64,000 nucleotides of DNA from Chthoniobacteraceae bacterium (GCA_031409655.1 JANNXQ010000194.1:1-64000), one strand, 5' to 3'; positions 19,870 to 29,626 are shown, counted from the first letter of the stretch. The notes: a model not told the origin generated them from the sequence alone. Made by a program: numbers and translations.

Positions 19870-20910
19870 TTACGCAAAAGTGAGCTTGAGCAGGTGAACA
19901 AGATTGGCGATTACGGCGGGAGCCGGGTTGCCGAGTTCTTGAAATTGATCCTCGGTCAAATGACGTGAAGCGGGATTGCGAGACCAATCTTTCAAGGTGG
20001 CAAAGTAAAACTTGTAGGCATCGTCGTGAGTGCCAAGCGGGCCGCCCGTGTCAGCGAGAGGGAAGACAGGTTTACCCTGTTGCAGTGCCCACTCGCCAGT
20101 CTGGTACGTGCCGCCGAGTCCGCCAATGAGGATGACGGCATCGGTGCGCTCGATTGAACGACGCCAGGCTTCATCTTCCGATCCACCGCTTACCAAGCGA
20201 CCCGCGGGAAAATCCGGCGTGGCACCTTGTCGCATGACTTGCACGAGCCGACCGGAGAGCGATTGCTCGTTCTGTTGGATGCGTTCGACGAAAGAGCGGG
20301 CGACGTCGTGGTCAACGCCATTCCATCCGCCCGTGACGAGGCTGAATCCTGCGGTCGCCAATGCCGCACCCAACCGCTTGCTGACCTCGTCGATCTTCGC
20401 AGGTCGAGGCGTCACACCACCCGACCCGGCAACGAGAATCCACTTCGTGGCAGAGGGGGCCGCCGCGGGACGTTGCGTGCCGATGAGCGAAGGCTTTTCA
20501 CCAGTAATTCCCCAGACTAGTCGCGCGATGTTTTCTTCCGAGAACCCGCCGCGTAGATCGACCCATGTGCGGTTCAGCAGAAATCCACTCAATGTCGTTT
20601 CTGGAGGGCAATCTGGCAAAAAAACCGGGATTACCGGTCGCTTCAACGCGTGCGCGAGGTTGAACGCCGCCTGCGTTTCTTCGTCCTGCCATGGACCCAA
20701 ACCCGAGCCACCCACCGCGACGATCACACTGCCTGCCGCTTGCATGCCCTGTTCCAATAGAGGCTGCCACGCCAGTCCCGGGCGCAGTTCATCTTCATCG
20801 AACCAAACCGTCAATTCACGCCTCGCAAGCACGCCCTTCAGTTCACGCGCGGCTGGCTTGTCTTTGGAGTTGTGGCTGAGGAATACATCGAAGTCGGCTC
20901 GAATCGACAT
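19870..20910 (-). CDS. TIR + SLOG (LOG/Smf-like Rossmannoid) fusion protein
   Basis: FDVFLSHNSKDK..VWFDEDELRPG..GPWQDEE..PVIPVFLP TIR; ILVAGS, LVTGGWNGVD, DAVILIGGLGGT, KPVFPLADTGG SLOG. Confidence 0.82.
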   Translation of the reverse strand: MSIRADFDVFLSHNSKDKPAARELKGVLARRELTVWFDEDELRPGLAWQPLLEQGMQAAGSVIVAVGGSGLGPWQDEETQAAFNLAHALKRPVIPVFLPDCPPETTLSGFLLNRTWVDLRGGFSEENIARLVWGITGEKPSLIGTQRPAAAPSATKWILVAGSGGVTPRPAKIDEVSKRLGAALATAGFSLVTGGWNGVDHDVARSFVERIQQNEQSLSGRLVQVMRQGATPDFPAGRLVSGGSEDEAWRRSIERTDAVILIGGLGGTYQTGEWALQQGKPVFPLADTGGPLGTHDDAYKFYFATLKDWSRNPASRHLTEDQFQELGNPAPAVIANLVHLLKLTFA

Positions 20911-20986
20911 GATCTTTCCTTGGATTTCAGAGGTCGCTAACGCAAGCGCGGACTCGGCGCAATGGAGGCGAGCAACAGGCACCGAG

Positions 20987-21754
20987 GTGGCGGTGACGGG
21001 CGACGTGGCGGAGGATTGCCAGAGCCTCTTCGACATCATCCGCGCGCATCTCACCGTGCTGCACGGCAAGGTGCCGGTGATCGAGGAAGTGCAGACGCAC
21101 GACGCTCCGGAGAAGTGGGTGCCGATGACCGACCTGCGGGTGGCCGAACGCGAGCAGGAGCCGACGCTGCCGGTGACGGTGGGCACGGGCGCCGAGGCGA
21201 AGCGGGTGAAGCTGCCCGTGGCGGCGACGCTGAACACCGTGGAGAGCGAGGCCGCGCGCAAAGCCGCCGGACCGGAAGCGGAGCCGCGGATGCAGCTCTT
21301 CATCAGCTACGCGCACCTGAACGAGAAAGAGCTGATCCCTTTCCGCCCGCATCTCACGCACTTGAGCCAGCAGGGTTACATCCAGGTGTGGAACGACCGC
21401 GACTTGGCGCCGGGCGAGCAGTGGGAAGCCGGCATCACCGACGCGCTCCAGCGCGCGGACATCGTGCTGCTCTTCTACACTACCGCCGCGCGGGTCTCGA
21501 AGTTCATCCAGGAAACCGAACTCACAACGGCGCTCAATCGCTCCGACGCAAAAGAATGCACGCTCATTTGGGTGCCTTTGGAACGGAACGACCTGGAACC
21601 GGGACACCCGCTGGAGAAACGGCTGTCGAAGATCCAATGCACGACGCGCGACGCGCGGCCGATTTACGACTACGAAGTGCCGCAAAAAGGCTGGATGGAG
21701 GTGGAGCAAGCGATCCGACGGGCCGTTGAGGCAAGGCGGAAGCTCATACGGTAG
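20987..21754 (+). pseudogene. 5'-truncated COR-TIR (Roco-type) gene remnant with an intact TIR domain
   Basis: VAVTG..LFDIIRAHLTVLH..EEVQ resembles the end of a COR domain; LFISYAH..VWNDRDLAPGEQW..ADIVLLF..SKFIQETEL TIR; no clear native start. Confidence 0.6.
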
Positions 21755-21755
21755 A

Positions 21756-23114
21756 TTAGTACCGTTCAAATCCCTGCTGGAGTTCCCAGTCGGTTACCAC
21801 GCGGTCGTATTGGCCCTGCTCCCACTCGGCGGCGTGGACGTAGTGGTCCACGACATCGTCGCCGAAGGCCGCGCGGAGGACGGAAGATGACTTCGCGGCG
21901 GCCGTCGCTTCGCGCAAGGTCTTTGGGATGCTGCGCAGCTTGGCATCCGTGTAGGCGTCGCCGACATAGGGAGCTTCGAGTTCGAGTTTTTGCTCGATGC
22001 CTGCGAGACCCGCAGCGAGGAGCGCGGCGAAGGCCAGGTAAGGATTGATGTCGGAGCCACCGATGCGGCATTCGGTGCGGATGCCACGCGTGCCGGCACC
22101 TACGAGACGAAAGCCGGCGGTGCGATTGTCCACGCTCCAGAGCGCCTTGGTCGGGGCGAAGGTGCCGGCTTGGAAGCGTTTGTAGGAATTGATGTAGGGC
22201 GCGAGGAAGAGCGTGATCTCGGAAGCGAGGGCTAACTGGCCGGCCATGAAGTGCCGCATGAGATCGGTCATGCCGCGTTCCTTGCTCGCGTCGAAGAAGA
22301 GCGACTCGCCGGTGTCGCTGCGGCACAGGCTCTGATGGATGTGGCCGGAGCTGCCGGCGAGTTTGGCGTTCCACTTAGCCATGAAGGAAATCGACTGCCC
22401 GTACTGGAAGGCGATTTCTTTGCAGCCGTTCTTGAGCACGACATGGCGGTCGGCCATCTCGAGCGCCTCGCAATAGCGCACATTGATTTCCTCCTGGCCG
22501 GGGCCCCACTCGCCCTTGGAGTTCTCCACCGGGATGCCGGCGGCGTTCAAACCGTTGCGGATCGCGCGCATCACCGCTTCCTCCTTGGTGGTTTGGAAGA
22601 TGTGATAGTCCTCGATGTAGTAACCGGCCGTTTCGAGATTGCGGTAACCTTTGGTGTGCGCGGCGCGGTAGTCGTCGTTGAAAAGGTAGAACTCCAGCTC
22701 CGAGGCAAACATGGCCTTCGCACCCATGCCTTCGACGCGGGCCAGTTGTTTCTTTAGAATGTTGCGCGGCGCATAGGGCACCGGTTCATGGCTGTGATGG
22801 TCGAGCACGTCGCAGAGCACGAGCGCCGTGCCGGGCAGCCACGGAATGCCCCGCAGGGTGGTGCGGTCCGGCTGCAGGGCGAAGTCGCCGTAGCCTTGCG
22901 CCCAGTTTGCGGATGCGTATCCGGGCACCGGCTCATTTTCGATGTCATCGGCGAGCAGGTAATTGCACGCATGGGTCTCACCAAAGTTCGATTCCAGAAA
23001 AAACTGCGCGTGAAACCGCTTCCCGACCAAACGGCCCTGCATGTCCGCGATGCAGACCAGCACCGTATCGAGGGTGCCGTCTGCGACCTGCTGCTTGAAT
23101 TGCTCGGTGTTCGT
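21756..23114 (-). CDS. Glutamine synthetase family protein (gamma-glutamyl-amine ligase type); start uncertain
   Basis: DMQGRLVGKR, SELEFYLF, EWGPGQEEIN, FMAK..GSSGHIHQSL, NSYKRF, DNRTAGFR, ECRIGGSDINPY. Confidence 0.9.
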   Translation of the reverse strand, partial: TNTEQFKQQVADGTLDTVLVCIADMQGRLVGKRFHAQFFLESNFGETHACNYLLADDIENEPVPGYASANWAQGYGDFALQPDRTTLRGIPWLPGTALVLCDVLDHHSHEPVPYAPRNILKKQLARVEGMGAKAMFASELEFYLFNDDYRAAHTKGYRNLETAGYYIEDYHIFQTTKEEAVMRAIRNGLNAAGIPVENSKGEWGPGQEEINVRYCEALEMADRHVVLKNGCKEIAFQYGQSISFMAKWNAKLAGSSGHIHQSLCRSDTGESLFFDASKERGMTDLMRHFMAGQLALASEITLFLAPYINSYKRFQAGTFAPTKALWSVDNRTAGFRLVGAGTRGIRTECRIGGSDINPYLAFAALLAAGLAGIEQKLELEAPYVGDAYTDAKLRSIPKTLREATAAAKSSSVLRAAFGDDVVDHYVHAAEWEQGQYDRVVTDWELQQGFERY

Positions 23115-23122
23115 AGTGGTAG

Positions 23123-24616
23123 TTACTTCAGAGTAATATCGCGCATGACGGGCGGTCCGCGGAAGGTCTTCTTGATGCCGAGCTGCCACGAAATGGCGAG
23201 GAACATGGCGGTGATCACGGTGACGGGCAGCGCCTTTTCATTCGGGGGCTGGATGCCTGCATAGATGAGTGCCAGCACGCCGAGGATCGCGATCACACCG
23301 ATGGCTTTGTAAACGGTCCCGCCGAGGTCAAAGGGACCCATCTTGGTCCAGGTTTTTCCATAAGCAAAGATACCCACGACCGTAGGCATGACATAGGATA
23401 TGTAGAGCAGGATGACGCACGCCACGGTGAGCGTGGTATAGGCCGGCGCGTAGAGTGTGCAAGCGACTGCCGCCACGGAGCCAACCCAGATCCCGGCAAC
23501 GGGTACGCGAAACTTCGGAGAGACCGCTTTCATGAAGTCCGGCAGTCCACCATCACGGGCGAACGCGTAAATCATGCGCGACATCGAGGTCACGCAGGCG
23601 AGTCCGCAGAGGTAGTTTGAGAGCACGATGCCGATCTTAAGCGGGCTGCGTAGCCAGCCGGGGATGACGGTGTCCATGAGCCAGAAAAAAATGTTGCCAC
23701 CCTGCTTCGCGCCTTCCGCCACGCTGGGTAGCGCGATGACGAAGCTGGCGACCATGACGAAACCAAAGATGCCGGACAGATAGACCGAGCGCAGGATGCC
23801 CTTGGGCACATTGGTCGCGGCATTCACCGTCTCCTCGGAAGTGTGCGCCGAGGCGTCGAATCCGGTGATCGTGTAGATCGGCCAAAGTAACGCGAGCAGC
23901 AGCATGAAGCCGCCGTTTTCACTCGCCGGCCAGACTCCGCCGCCGGCATCGCCACTCAGATTTCCGAAGCTGAAGAGCCGCCCGAAGTCGTGCGACGGCG
24001 CGAAGATCAGCATGCACGCGGTCAGGGTGAGCGAGACGGCAAAAATGAGGTAACCACTGAAGTCGGTGAGCACGGTAGTCACGTGGATGCCGAGGTGATT
24101 GAACAACGCGTGGGTGCCGGTGATGATGGCCACGCCGGTGATCTGATGGGTGACCGTGAGCTTGGTCGGATCGCCGCCGAGCATGGGCAGGATCAAATTG
24201 ATGAACAGCGTATAGGCGCCCACGTTCACCGCCGCCGTGACAAAGATGAGGCCGAGCAAATTGAACCACGCCGTGGCCCAGCCCCAGCCCTTGCCGCCGA
24301 GGATCGACGACCAGTGATAAAGCCCGCCTGCCGTCGGATACGCGCTGGCCACCTGCGCCATCGCCGCCGCGACGAGCAGCGCAAAGACGACACCGATGGG
24401 CCAGGCCACGCCCGCCGCCGCCCCACCGATGGCGCTGGTGCCAAGCTGGAGCGAGGTGATGCCGCCAGCGAGGATGCAGATGATCGAGAAGGAGATGGCA
24501 AAGTTCGAGAAGCCACTCATTCGTCGTTTGAGTTCCTGGACGTAGCCAAGGCTTTCCAGCAATTTGACGTCGGCGGAGATGTCCACCTGGTCCGGATCGT
24601 TTGGTGTTTTGTTCAT
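23123..24616 (-). CDS. APC-superfamily amino acid/amine permease
   Basis: LGYVQELKRRMSGFSNFAISFSII, YPTAGGLYHW, TGFDASAHTSEET, FARDGGLP; many TM segments. Confidence 0.92.
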   Translation of the reverse strand: MNKTPNDPDQVDISADVKLLESLGYVQELKRRMSGFSNFAISFSIICILAGGITSLQLGTSAIGGAAAGVAWPIGVVFALLVAAAMAQVASAYPTAGGLYHWSSILGGKGWGWATAWFNLLGLIFVTAAVNVGAYTLFINLILPMLGGDPTKLTVTHQITGVAIITGTHALFNHLGIHVTTVLTDFSGYLIFAVSLTLTACMLIFAPSHDFGRLFSFGNLSGDAGGGVWPASENGGFMLLLALLWPIYTITGFDASAHTSEETVNAATNVPKGILRSVYLSGIFGFVMVASFVIALPSVAEGAKQGGNIFFWLMDTVIPGWLRSPLKIGIVLSNYLCGLACVTSMSRMIYAFARDGGLPDFMKAVSPKFRVPVAGIWVGSVAAVACTLYAPAYTTLTVACVILLYISYVMPTVVGIFAYGKTWTKMGPFDLGGTVYKAIGVIAILGVLALIYAGIQPPNEKALPVTVITAMFLAISWQLGIKKTFRGPPVMRDITLK

Positions 24617-24708
24617 AAAGTGGTTGGACTGAATGACGCCGACCTATCCTGAGGAAACACTACTTCTGCGACACTACAGCGCCTTCACCCTTCTGGTCAC
24701 TAGGAAAT

Positions 24709-24751
24709 TGTCGGCGAATGTTTCCACGAGGGAATTCATTCGGCGACTGTC
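24709..24751. terminator. Intergenic stem-loop
   Basis: gtcggcgaatg-tttccacgagggaatt-cattcggcgac, arms with one mismatch, just past the stop of the gene at 24763-27096. Confidence 0.4.
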
Positions 24752-24762
24752 GCGGGGCGGAC

Positions 24763-27096
24763 CTAACGTCGCTCGACGCCGAAGTGCGCAAGCACGTTCC
24801 GCAGGAGCCCGGCCATCTGGGGATCGACGGCAAGGACCCAGCCCGAGGCGATGGTGCCGGCATTGAAGACACGGCCACCGTCCGGGCGCTCCCAGTAGAT
24901 CATCTCGCCACCTTGGTCCGTCTTCGGCGCGATCTTGCGGAAGAAGTAATCAAAGGCGGAGCCTCCTTTCTTCCAAAAGACTTCACCATTCGCGAGTAAC
25001 TGCAGGCCGCCGGGGTCGGCGGGCACCTTGCCGCCTTCCGGTGATGGCTGCTCTTGCAGGCGCGCAAAGGTCGAGGGCCGGATGTCGAACTCGTGCGCAT
25101 TGGCGAGGCGGATGCCGTCGCCGCCGGTGCCGATCCGATCGCCTTTCTTGAGCCCGAGGTTCTCGGGTTTCCGGAAGAGAAAATGGTCCGGGTCTTCGAC
25201 GACGTAAGGGCCGAACTGCTCGGCTGCACCGGGGCTGTTAAAGCCGAGGCAATCGAGCGCGATGAGGTTCACGCCGGGCCAGCCGCATTCGCGGAGCATA
25301 CCCCCGCGCAAGCCATCGTGACTGTGCCAGGCTTCGCCGCGCCTGTTTTTTGGCACGCGGTTTCCGGCGGCGTCGGCTTTGCGGCATTCCATGACCGTCC
25401 CGTCGTCGTTGAAGGACACGCGCCAGAAGACGGCATTGCCGCTGAGCACCACGAGGTTGCCGCCCTTGCGAAGATAGGTCTCGGTGCCGCGATACAGCGG
25501 CAGGGACCAATACTCGTTGTGCCCCACGACCAGCAAAGTCTTATAACCCTCCAGCACCGCGGGACTGCGGTGCAGGTCGAGGTCGCTGATGACGTCGTAA
25601 TCGTAGCCCTGCTCTTCGAGCCAGATCTGGGTGAAGCGATCGGCGCGGGTGAGGTGACTGTATTTCGTGGGGCCGCCGTAGAGCACGTAAGGGCTGGCGG
25701 CTGGCCAGGGCATCCGCAGGCCGACTTGATAGGTGCCCTGCCCAGTGGCGTGGTCGCGGTAGAAGTTGTATGCCGGCAGGCCGCGCGCGTCTTTTTCGAT
25801 TCCTCCCGTGCCCCACACTTCGTGGAGCTTCGCGGTCGGCAGGGCGAAGGGCGAACCGCTGTAGGCACGCCAGGTATTCGTGGCGCAGACGAGGAGGATC
25901 GGGGCCTTCTTCCGCCGCGGCGCACGGCGGACGATGAAAGTGCAGTGGGCAAGGCGGGGCTCGCCTTTCCAGGAAAACTCGAAGCGGGCGACGAAAATTC
26001 CGGACCGCACTTCAGCGGGGACTGGCCAGCGATGGGTGACGCTCCAGCGGCAGTCGTAGAGATCATCCGCGGCCAGGCGCAGCCCGTGGCCGCGCCGCGC
26101 GTCCTGCTCCGGATCGTAGGTGCCGAAGCGCGGCACATCGGCGGCGAAGCTTGGGCCGCCGATCATCCACGTTGCGTGATTGATGATGCGTCCGTGGCGA
26201 GCATGCGCCGACCCATCGGCCACCCGATCGCCGCGCTCTTCGGCGAACGGCCAGCAGGCCAGCACGCTTTTATCCTTCGCGGGCTGGAGGCCTTGTTGGG
26301 AGAAGCGTTCGCGAATTTCCGCCTCACTCAATGCGCGGTTATAGATCACCGGCAGCGCGAGATCGCCGTCGAGAAAGTGCTTGGCGCTGCCCGTCTGCGA
26401 CATCGCTCCGAGGCGCAGCGCGTGCGGTCCCGGGAGCAGCGGCCCGGCAAAATCCCACGCGCCCACTTCCTGCGCATCCACATAGACCCGCTTGCGTTTT
26501 CCATCCCACACGGCGGCGAGGTGGTGCCAGCGGTCACGCACCACCACGCCCGGCGGCGTGCGATGCACGAGCGCTTCGTCCGGCGAAACGGCATCGCCGA
26601 GGTAGAAACCGACGTAGCCCTCTTTGCCGATGCCCAGAGCGAGCCCTTCCGAGGAGTCCTTGTCCTCCTGACTGATGAGCCCTTGCAGATCGGTCACGTT
26701 CCAAGGTCGCACCCAGCACTCGAGGGTGATCGCTTGCAGGGCTCCGGTGAGACGTTTCTCAATGTGAACGTAGGAACCGGGGTGGATTGGCTGCGGATTG
26801 GCGGGCGATTCATCGAAGCGCGCAAGCACGGTGTCGCCGACCGGATCGTCCACTTGCACCCCCAATCGGCAGATGGAAAGGCGATACGGGACGCTGCTGC
26901 TCACGCAAAGCTCGAGCGTCTCGCCGGCGGCCACGGAGTGTTCCAGCGGGTAGGCGTGGACCCCCGGAACGTCGAGCGCGCGGTGTGGTGGGATGTCCCG
27001 GACCTCCGTGTCCGGCGCGGCGCCCGACCGAAGTTTCAGCGCGGCCACGGTCGCCCCGGTGCGCTTGAGAAATTCGCGGCGAGTCGTGGCGGGCAT
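24763..27096 (-). CDS. Tat-exported N,N-dimethylformamidase beta-subunit-like protein with LamG domain
   Basis: TRREFLK signal, RWHHLAAVWDG LamG motif, ATNTWRAY, GHNEYWS, LSGNAVFWRV, GGRVFNAGTI. Confidence 0.8.
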   Translation of the reverse strand: MPATTRREFLKRTGATVAALKLRSGAAPDTEVRDIPPHRALDVPGVHAYPLEHSVAAGETLELCVSSSVPYRLSICRLGVQVDDPVGDTVLARFDESPANPQPIHPGSYVHIEKRLTGALQAITLECWVRPWNVTDLQGLISQEDKDSSEGLALGIGKEGYVGFYLGDAVSPDEALVHRTPPGVVVRDRWHHLAAVWDGKRKRVYVDAQEVGAWDFAGPLLPGPHALRLGAMSQTGSAKHFLDGDLALPVIYNRALSEAEIRERFSQQGLQPAKDKSVLACWPFAEERGDRVADGSAHARHGRIINHATWMIGGPSFAADVPRFGTYDPEQDARRGHGLRLAADDLYDCRWSVTHRWPVPAEVRSGIFVARFEFSWKGEPRLAHCTFIVRRAPRRKKAPILLVCATNTWRAYSGSPFALPTAKLHEVWGTGGIEKDARGLPAYNFYRDHATGQGTYQVGLRMPWPAASPYVLYGGPTKYSHLTRADRFTQIWLEEQGYDYDVISDLDLHRSPAVLEGYKTLLVVGHNEYWSLPLYRGTETYLRKGGNLVVLSGNAVFWRVSFNDDGTVMECRKADAAGNRVPKNRRGEAWHSHDGLRGGMLRECGWPGVNLIALDCLGFNSPGAAEQFGPYVVEDPDHFLFRKPENLGLKKGDRIGTGGDGIRLANAHEFDIRPSTFARLQEQPSPEGGKVPADPGGLQLLANGEVFWKKGGSAFDYFFRKIAPKTDQGGEMIYWERPDGGRVFNAGTIASGWVLAVDPQMAGLLRNVLAHFGVERR

Positions 27097-27105
27097 GAGC
27101 TGCCT

Positions 27106-28548
27106 CTACTGCCGCTCTTTCAAAGTCGCGAGCATGGCCAGCAGCCGGGCCGTGATTTTCTCCGCGGCGCTGACCTCGAGGTAGCTGCTGCGGGCGCGCC
27201 ACGTCTCGTAACCGCCGAGGGCGTGCTGTTCCGCCGTCGGGAGGTAGCCGTTGTAGCCATTGGCCAGCGAAATGGTGAAATGCTGGGCAAAAGGCGTGCG
27301 CGCTTTCAGATCGAGGCCGATCTCCACGAAGACTTCGCACGGGATGGAGGCGATGCTCAGGTCGCCGACGCGCTGCACCTGGAGCTTCACGGGCACGGTG
27401 TCGGGATAAGGTGCGAGGAGCATGGTCTCCCGGGCGTAGATGGCGTCGCGCGCCGCGTATTGGCCGTCTTTGTCTTTCGGAGTGTTGGCGAGGATTTCCT
27501 CGGCTCTCTTGAGATCCTCGGCGGTGGGTTTGCGTACGCGGAGTGGGACGTCTTCCTCGACGCAATCGAGCGTCGCGTCCTTTTTGAACTGAACCTGCTC
27601 GTAAGCTTTCCGCGCCGCATCCGCGACACTCGCGGCGACTTTTTTGATCTGCGTGCCGGGCTCCCGTTTGGCCGGTGCTGGGGCGCCGTAGTTCACGTTG
27701 TTGATATTGCCGCTGGTGCCATTGGACATGATGCCGACGAAAGGCGGCTTGCCTTGGTAACGGGCGTCGTCCGTGTGCAGGCGTTCGGTCATCGCGTTCG
27801 CGAAAGCGGCGAAGTAATCCGCGGAGATCGGCGGCAATCCACCGACGTAGTGCAGGCTGTAATTCGCCAGCAGGCCAATCGGGCGGTGATCACTGGCGGA
27901 GCGCGCGACGAGCAGAAAGACCTCGGGATCGACGGGCCCGGTCGGCGTCGTGACCTTGCGATTTTGGTAGCCGGGATTCATCTGCGCGCGATCCGTCGTG
28001 ACGCCAAAGGGATTCGGATAGCTCTCGCCCTCGAGCACGAACCACCGGCGATTGAAGACCTGCGTCGGTTCGCTGCCTTTGCCGCTACCGACCTCGGCGG
28101 GTTCGAGATTTTCGTGCGCCTTGATCAAACCCTGCGCGATCCGCGCCGGCACTGACGCCACGTATTCCCGATCCGGATCACTTTGAAAAACCCCCGCCAG
28201 CGTCGCCGTCGAATGCGAGTGAGTGGCGGAGATCAGGATCTGGGACGCGGGCACTCCGGTCGCCTTGGCGGCGAGCTGTTTCGCCTCCTCGCAGACTGCG
28301 CGCGGGATCATGCAGGCATCCACCACGCAGAAGATCAGCTCCCTCTTTCCATCGTGCAACGCGAGGCAGCGCGCGTGCATCGGGTCGGTGATGCCCTGGG
28401 CAAAGTTCCCCTTGGTGCTGCCATTGATCGGGGTCGGGAATTTCGTCGGCGAGATGTCCTGAGCGTGCGCGCCGGCGCGGAATTCGGCGACGGCAGGCAG
28501 CGCCGACACGAACAGGATGGTGAGTGCGAGGAGAGGGGGGATTTTCAT
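27106..28548 (-). CDS. Neutral/alkaline ceramidase-like secreted hydrolase
   Basis: Signal peptide, DPMHARCLAL, ISATHSHS, NYSLHY, NGTSGNIN, PCEVFVEIG, LANGYNGYLP. Confidence 0.85.
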   Translation of the reverse strand: MKIPPLLALTILFVSALPAVAEFRAGAHAQDISPTKFPTPINGSTKGNFAQGITDPMHARCLALHDGKRELIFCVVDACMIPRAVCEEAKQLAAKATGVPASQILISATHSHSTATLAGVFQSDPDREYVASVPARIAQGLIKAHENLEPAEVGSGKGSEPTQVFNRRWFVLEGESYPNPFGVTTDRAQMNPGYQNRKVTTPTGPVDPEVFLLVARSASDHRPIGLLANYSLHYVGGLPPISADYFAAFANAMTERLHTDDARYQGKPPFVGIMSNGTSGNINNVNYGAPAPAKREPGTQIKKVAASVADAARKAYEQVQFKKDATLDCVEEDVPLRVRKPTAEDLKRAEEILANTPKDKDGQYAARDAIYARETMLLAPYPDTVPVKLQVQRVGDLSIASIPCEVFVEIGLDLKARTPFAQHFTISLANGYNGYLPTAEQHALGGYETWRARSSYLEVSAAEKITARLLAMLATLKERQ

Positions 28549-28605
28549 CGGCGGGTGGTTGGGTGGAAGCACTCAGACTATCCCGCAAGTCTGGCGAATC
28601 TTGGT

Positions 28606-29544
28606 CTATCCCGGCATCGGCACGGTCGTCCGCAGCACCTCTGTCCCGGGCTCGAGCGCGCGCAGTTCGCGGCCTGCCGCCGTCGCGGGCAGGAGGAAAA
28701 AGGAGCCCCGTGCGAAATGCTGGCCGCCGCATTTCACGCTGCCGGCGACGACGGTGAAGATCGCGAAGCCACGGCCCGAGTCGATGCGCGGCTGGTCGAG
28801 CGTCCACTTTTCCACGCGGAAAAATGCGCACGCGATGAGGGTGTCGCCGTCTGGCTCGGCGAAGTGCGGTTCGGGATCGGCGAAGTCGATGGACTCGAGT
28901 GATTCCGCGACGTGCAGGGCGCGCGGCTGACCGTCGAGGCCGAGCCGATTCCAATCGAAGACGCGATAAGTGGTGTCACTGTTCTGCTGCACTTCCACGA
29001 TGAGATTGCCGGCGCCGATGGCGTGGATGCGGCCGCTCGGGATGAAGATCGCGTCGCCAGCTTTGGTGGGGAGCGTGTGGATGGTCTCGGCCACGCGCCC
29101 GTCGCGCAGCGCCTCTTCAAAAGTTTCCCGCGTCACGCCGCGTTTCAGTCCGGCGTAGAGGTCACTTTCGAGCAAGGCATCGAGCAGGTACCACATCTCC
29201 GTCTTCGGCTCACCCCCGAGCCGCGCGGCCACGGCGGCCGGTGGATGCACCTGCACGGAGAGGCGGTCTTGCGCGTCGAGGATCTTGCAGAGCAGGGGAA
29301 AGCGCGGCGTCTCCGGCAAGCCCGGGCCGAAGACGGCGGCACGATGTTGCGTCCAGAGTTCGTGCAGAGTACAGCCCCGCAGCGGGCCCTCGTGGACGAC
29401 ACTTTGCGCATCTTCCCGATCGACCAGTTCCCAAGATTCGCCGATCCGCGTACCCACCGGGAGTTGGCGCCCGAGCAGGGACTCGAGGCGGCGCCCGCCC
29501 CAGATGCGTTCCATGTAGAGAGGCTCGAAGACGATGGGCGGCAT
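28606..29544 (-). CDS. manA: Type I mannose-6-phosphate isomerase
   Basis: ERIWGG, IGESWE, FPLLCKILDA, LSVQVHP, KTEMWY, HAIG, EVQQNSDTTYRVFDW. Confidence 0.92.
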   Translation of the reverse strand: MPPIVFEPLYMERIWGGRRLESLLGRQLPVGTRIGESWELVDREDAQSVVHEGPLRGCTLHELWTQHRAAVFGPGLPETPRFPLLCKILDAQDRLSVQVHPPAAVAARLGGEPKTEMWYLLDALLESDLYAGLKRGVTRETFEEALRDGRVAETIHTLPTKAGDAIFIPSGRIHAIGAGNLIVEVQQNSDTTYRVFDWNRLGLDGQPRALHVAESLESIDFADPEPHFAEPDGDTLIACAFFRVEKWTLDQPRIDSGRGFAIFTVVAGSVKCGGQHFARGSFFLLPATAAGRELRALEPGTEVLRTTVPMPG

Positions 29545-29626
29545 GGGCGATTTTGAGGGCGGGATTTTGAATGCGGGATGCGCAAGACGAAAGGAGTGCG
29601 CAATGTCGTCAGGCGGCGCGCAACTC

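Noticed and set aside
19870..21754. ORF-track versions 19870..21303 (-) and 20030..21754 (+) as long overlapping genes
   Set aside because: The extensions are each other's antisense; domain similarity starts at 20910 (-) and about 20987 (+)
17351..21754. Canonical Thoeris system
   Set aside because: No SIR2-SLOG or TM-Macro ThsA and no co-oriented thsAB layout
24617..24762. Guanidine or other riboswitch upstream of the APC permease
   Set aside because: I could not find the ykkC or mini-ykkC consensus; only a simple hairpin. An Rfam scan would be decisive
25054..28155. 1033-aa plus-strand ORF
   Set aside because: Antisense shadow of two motif-bearing genes in GC-rich DNA; no recognisable motifs
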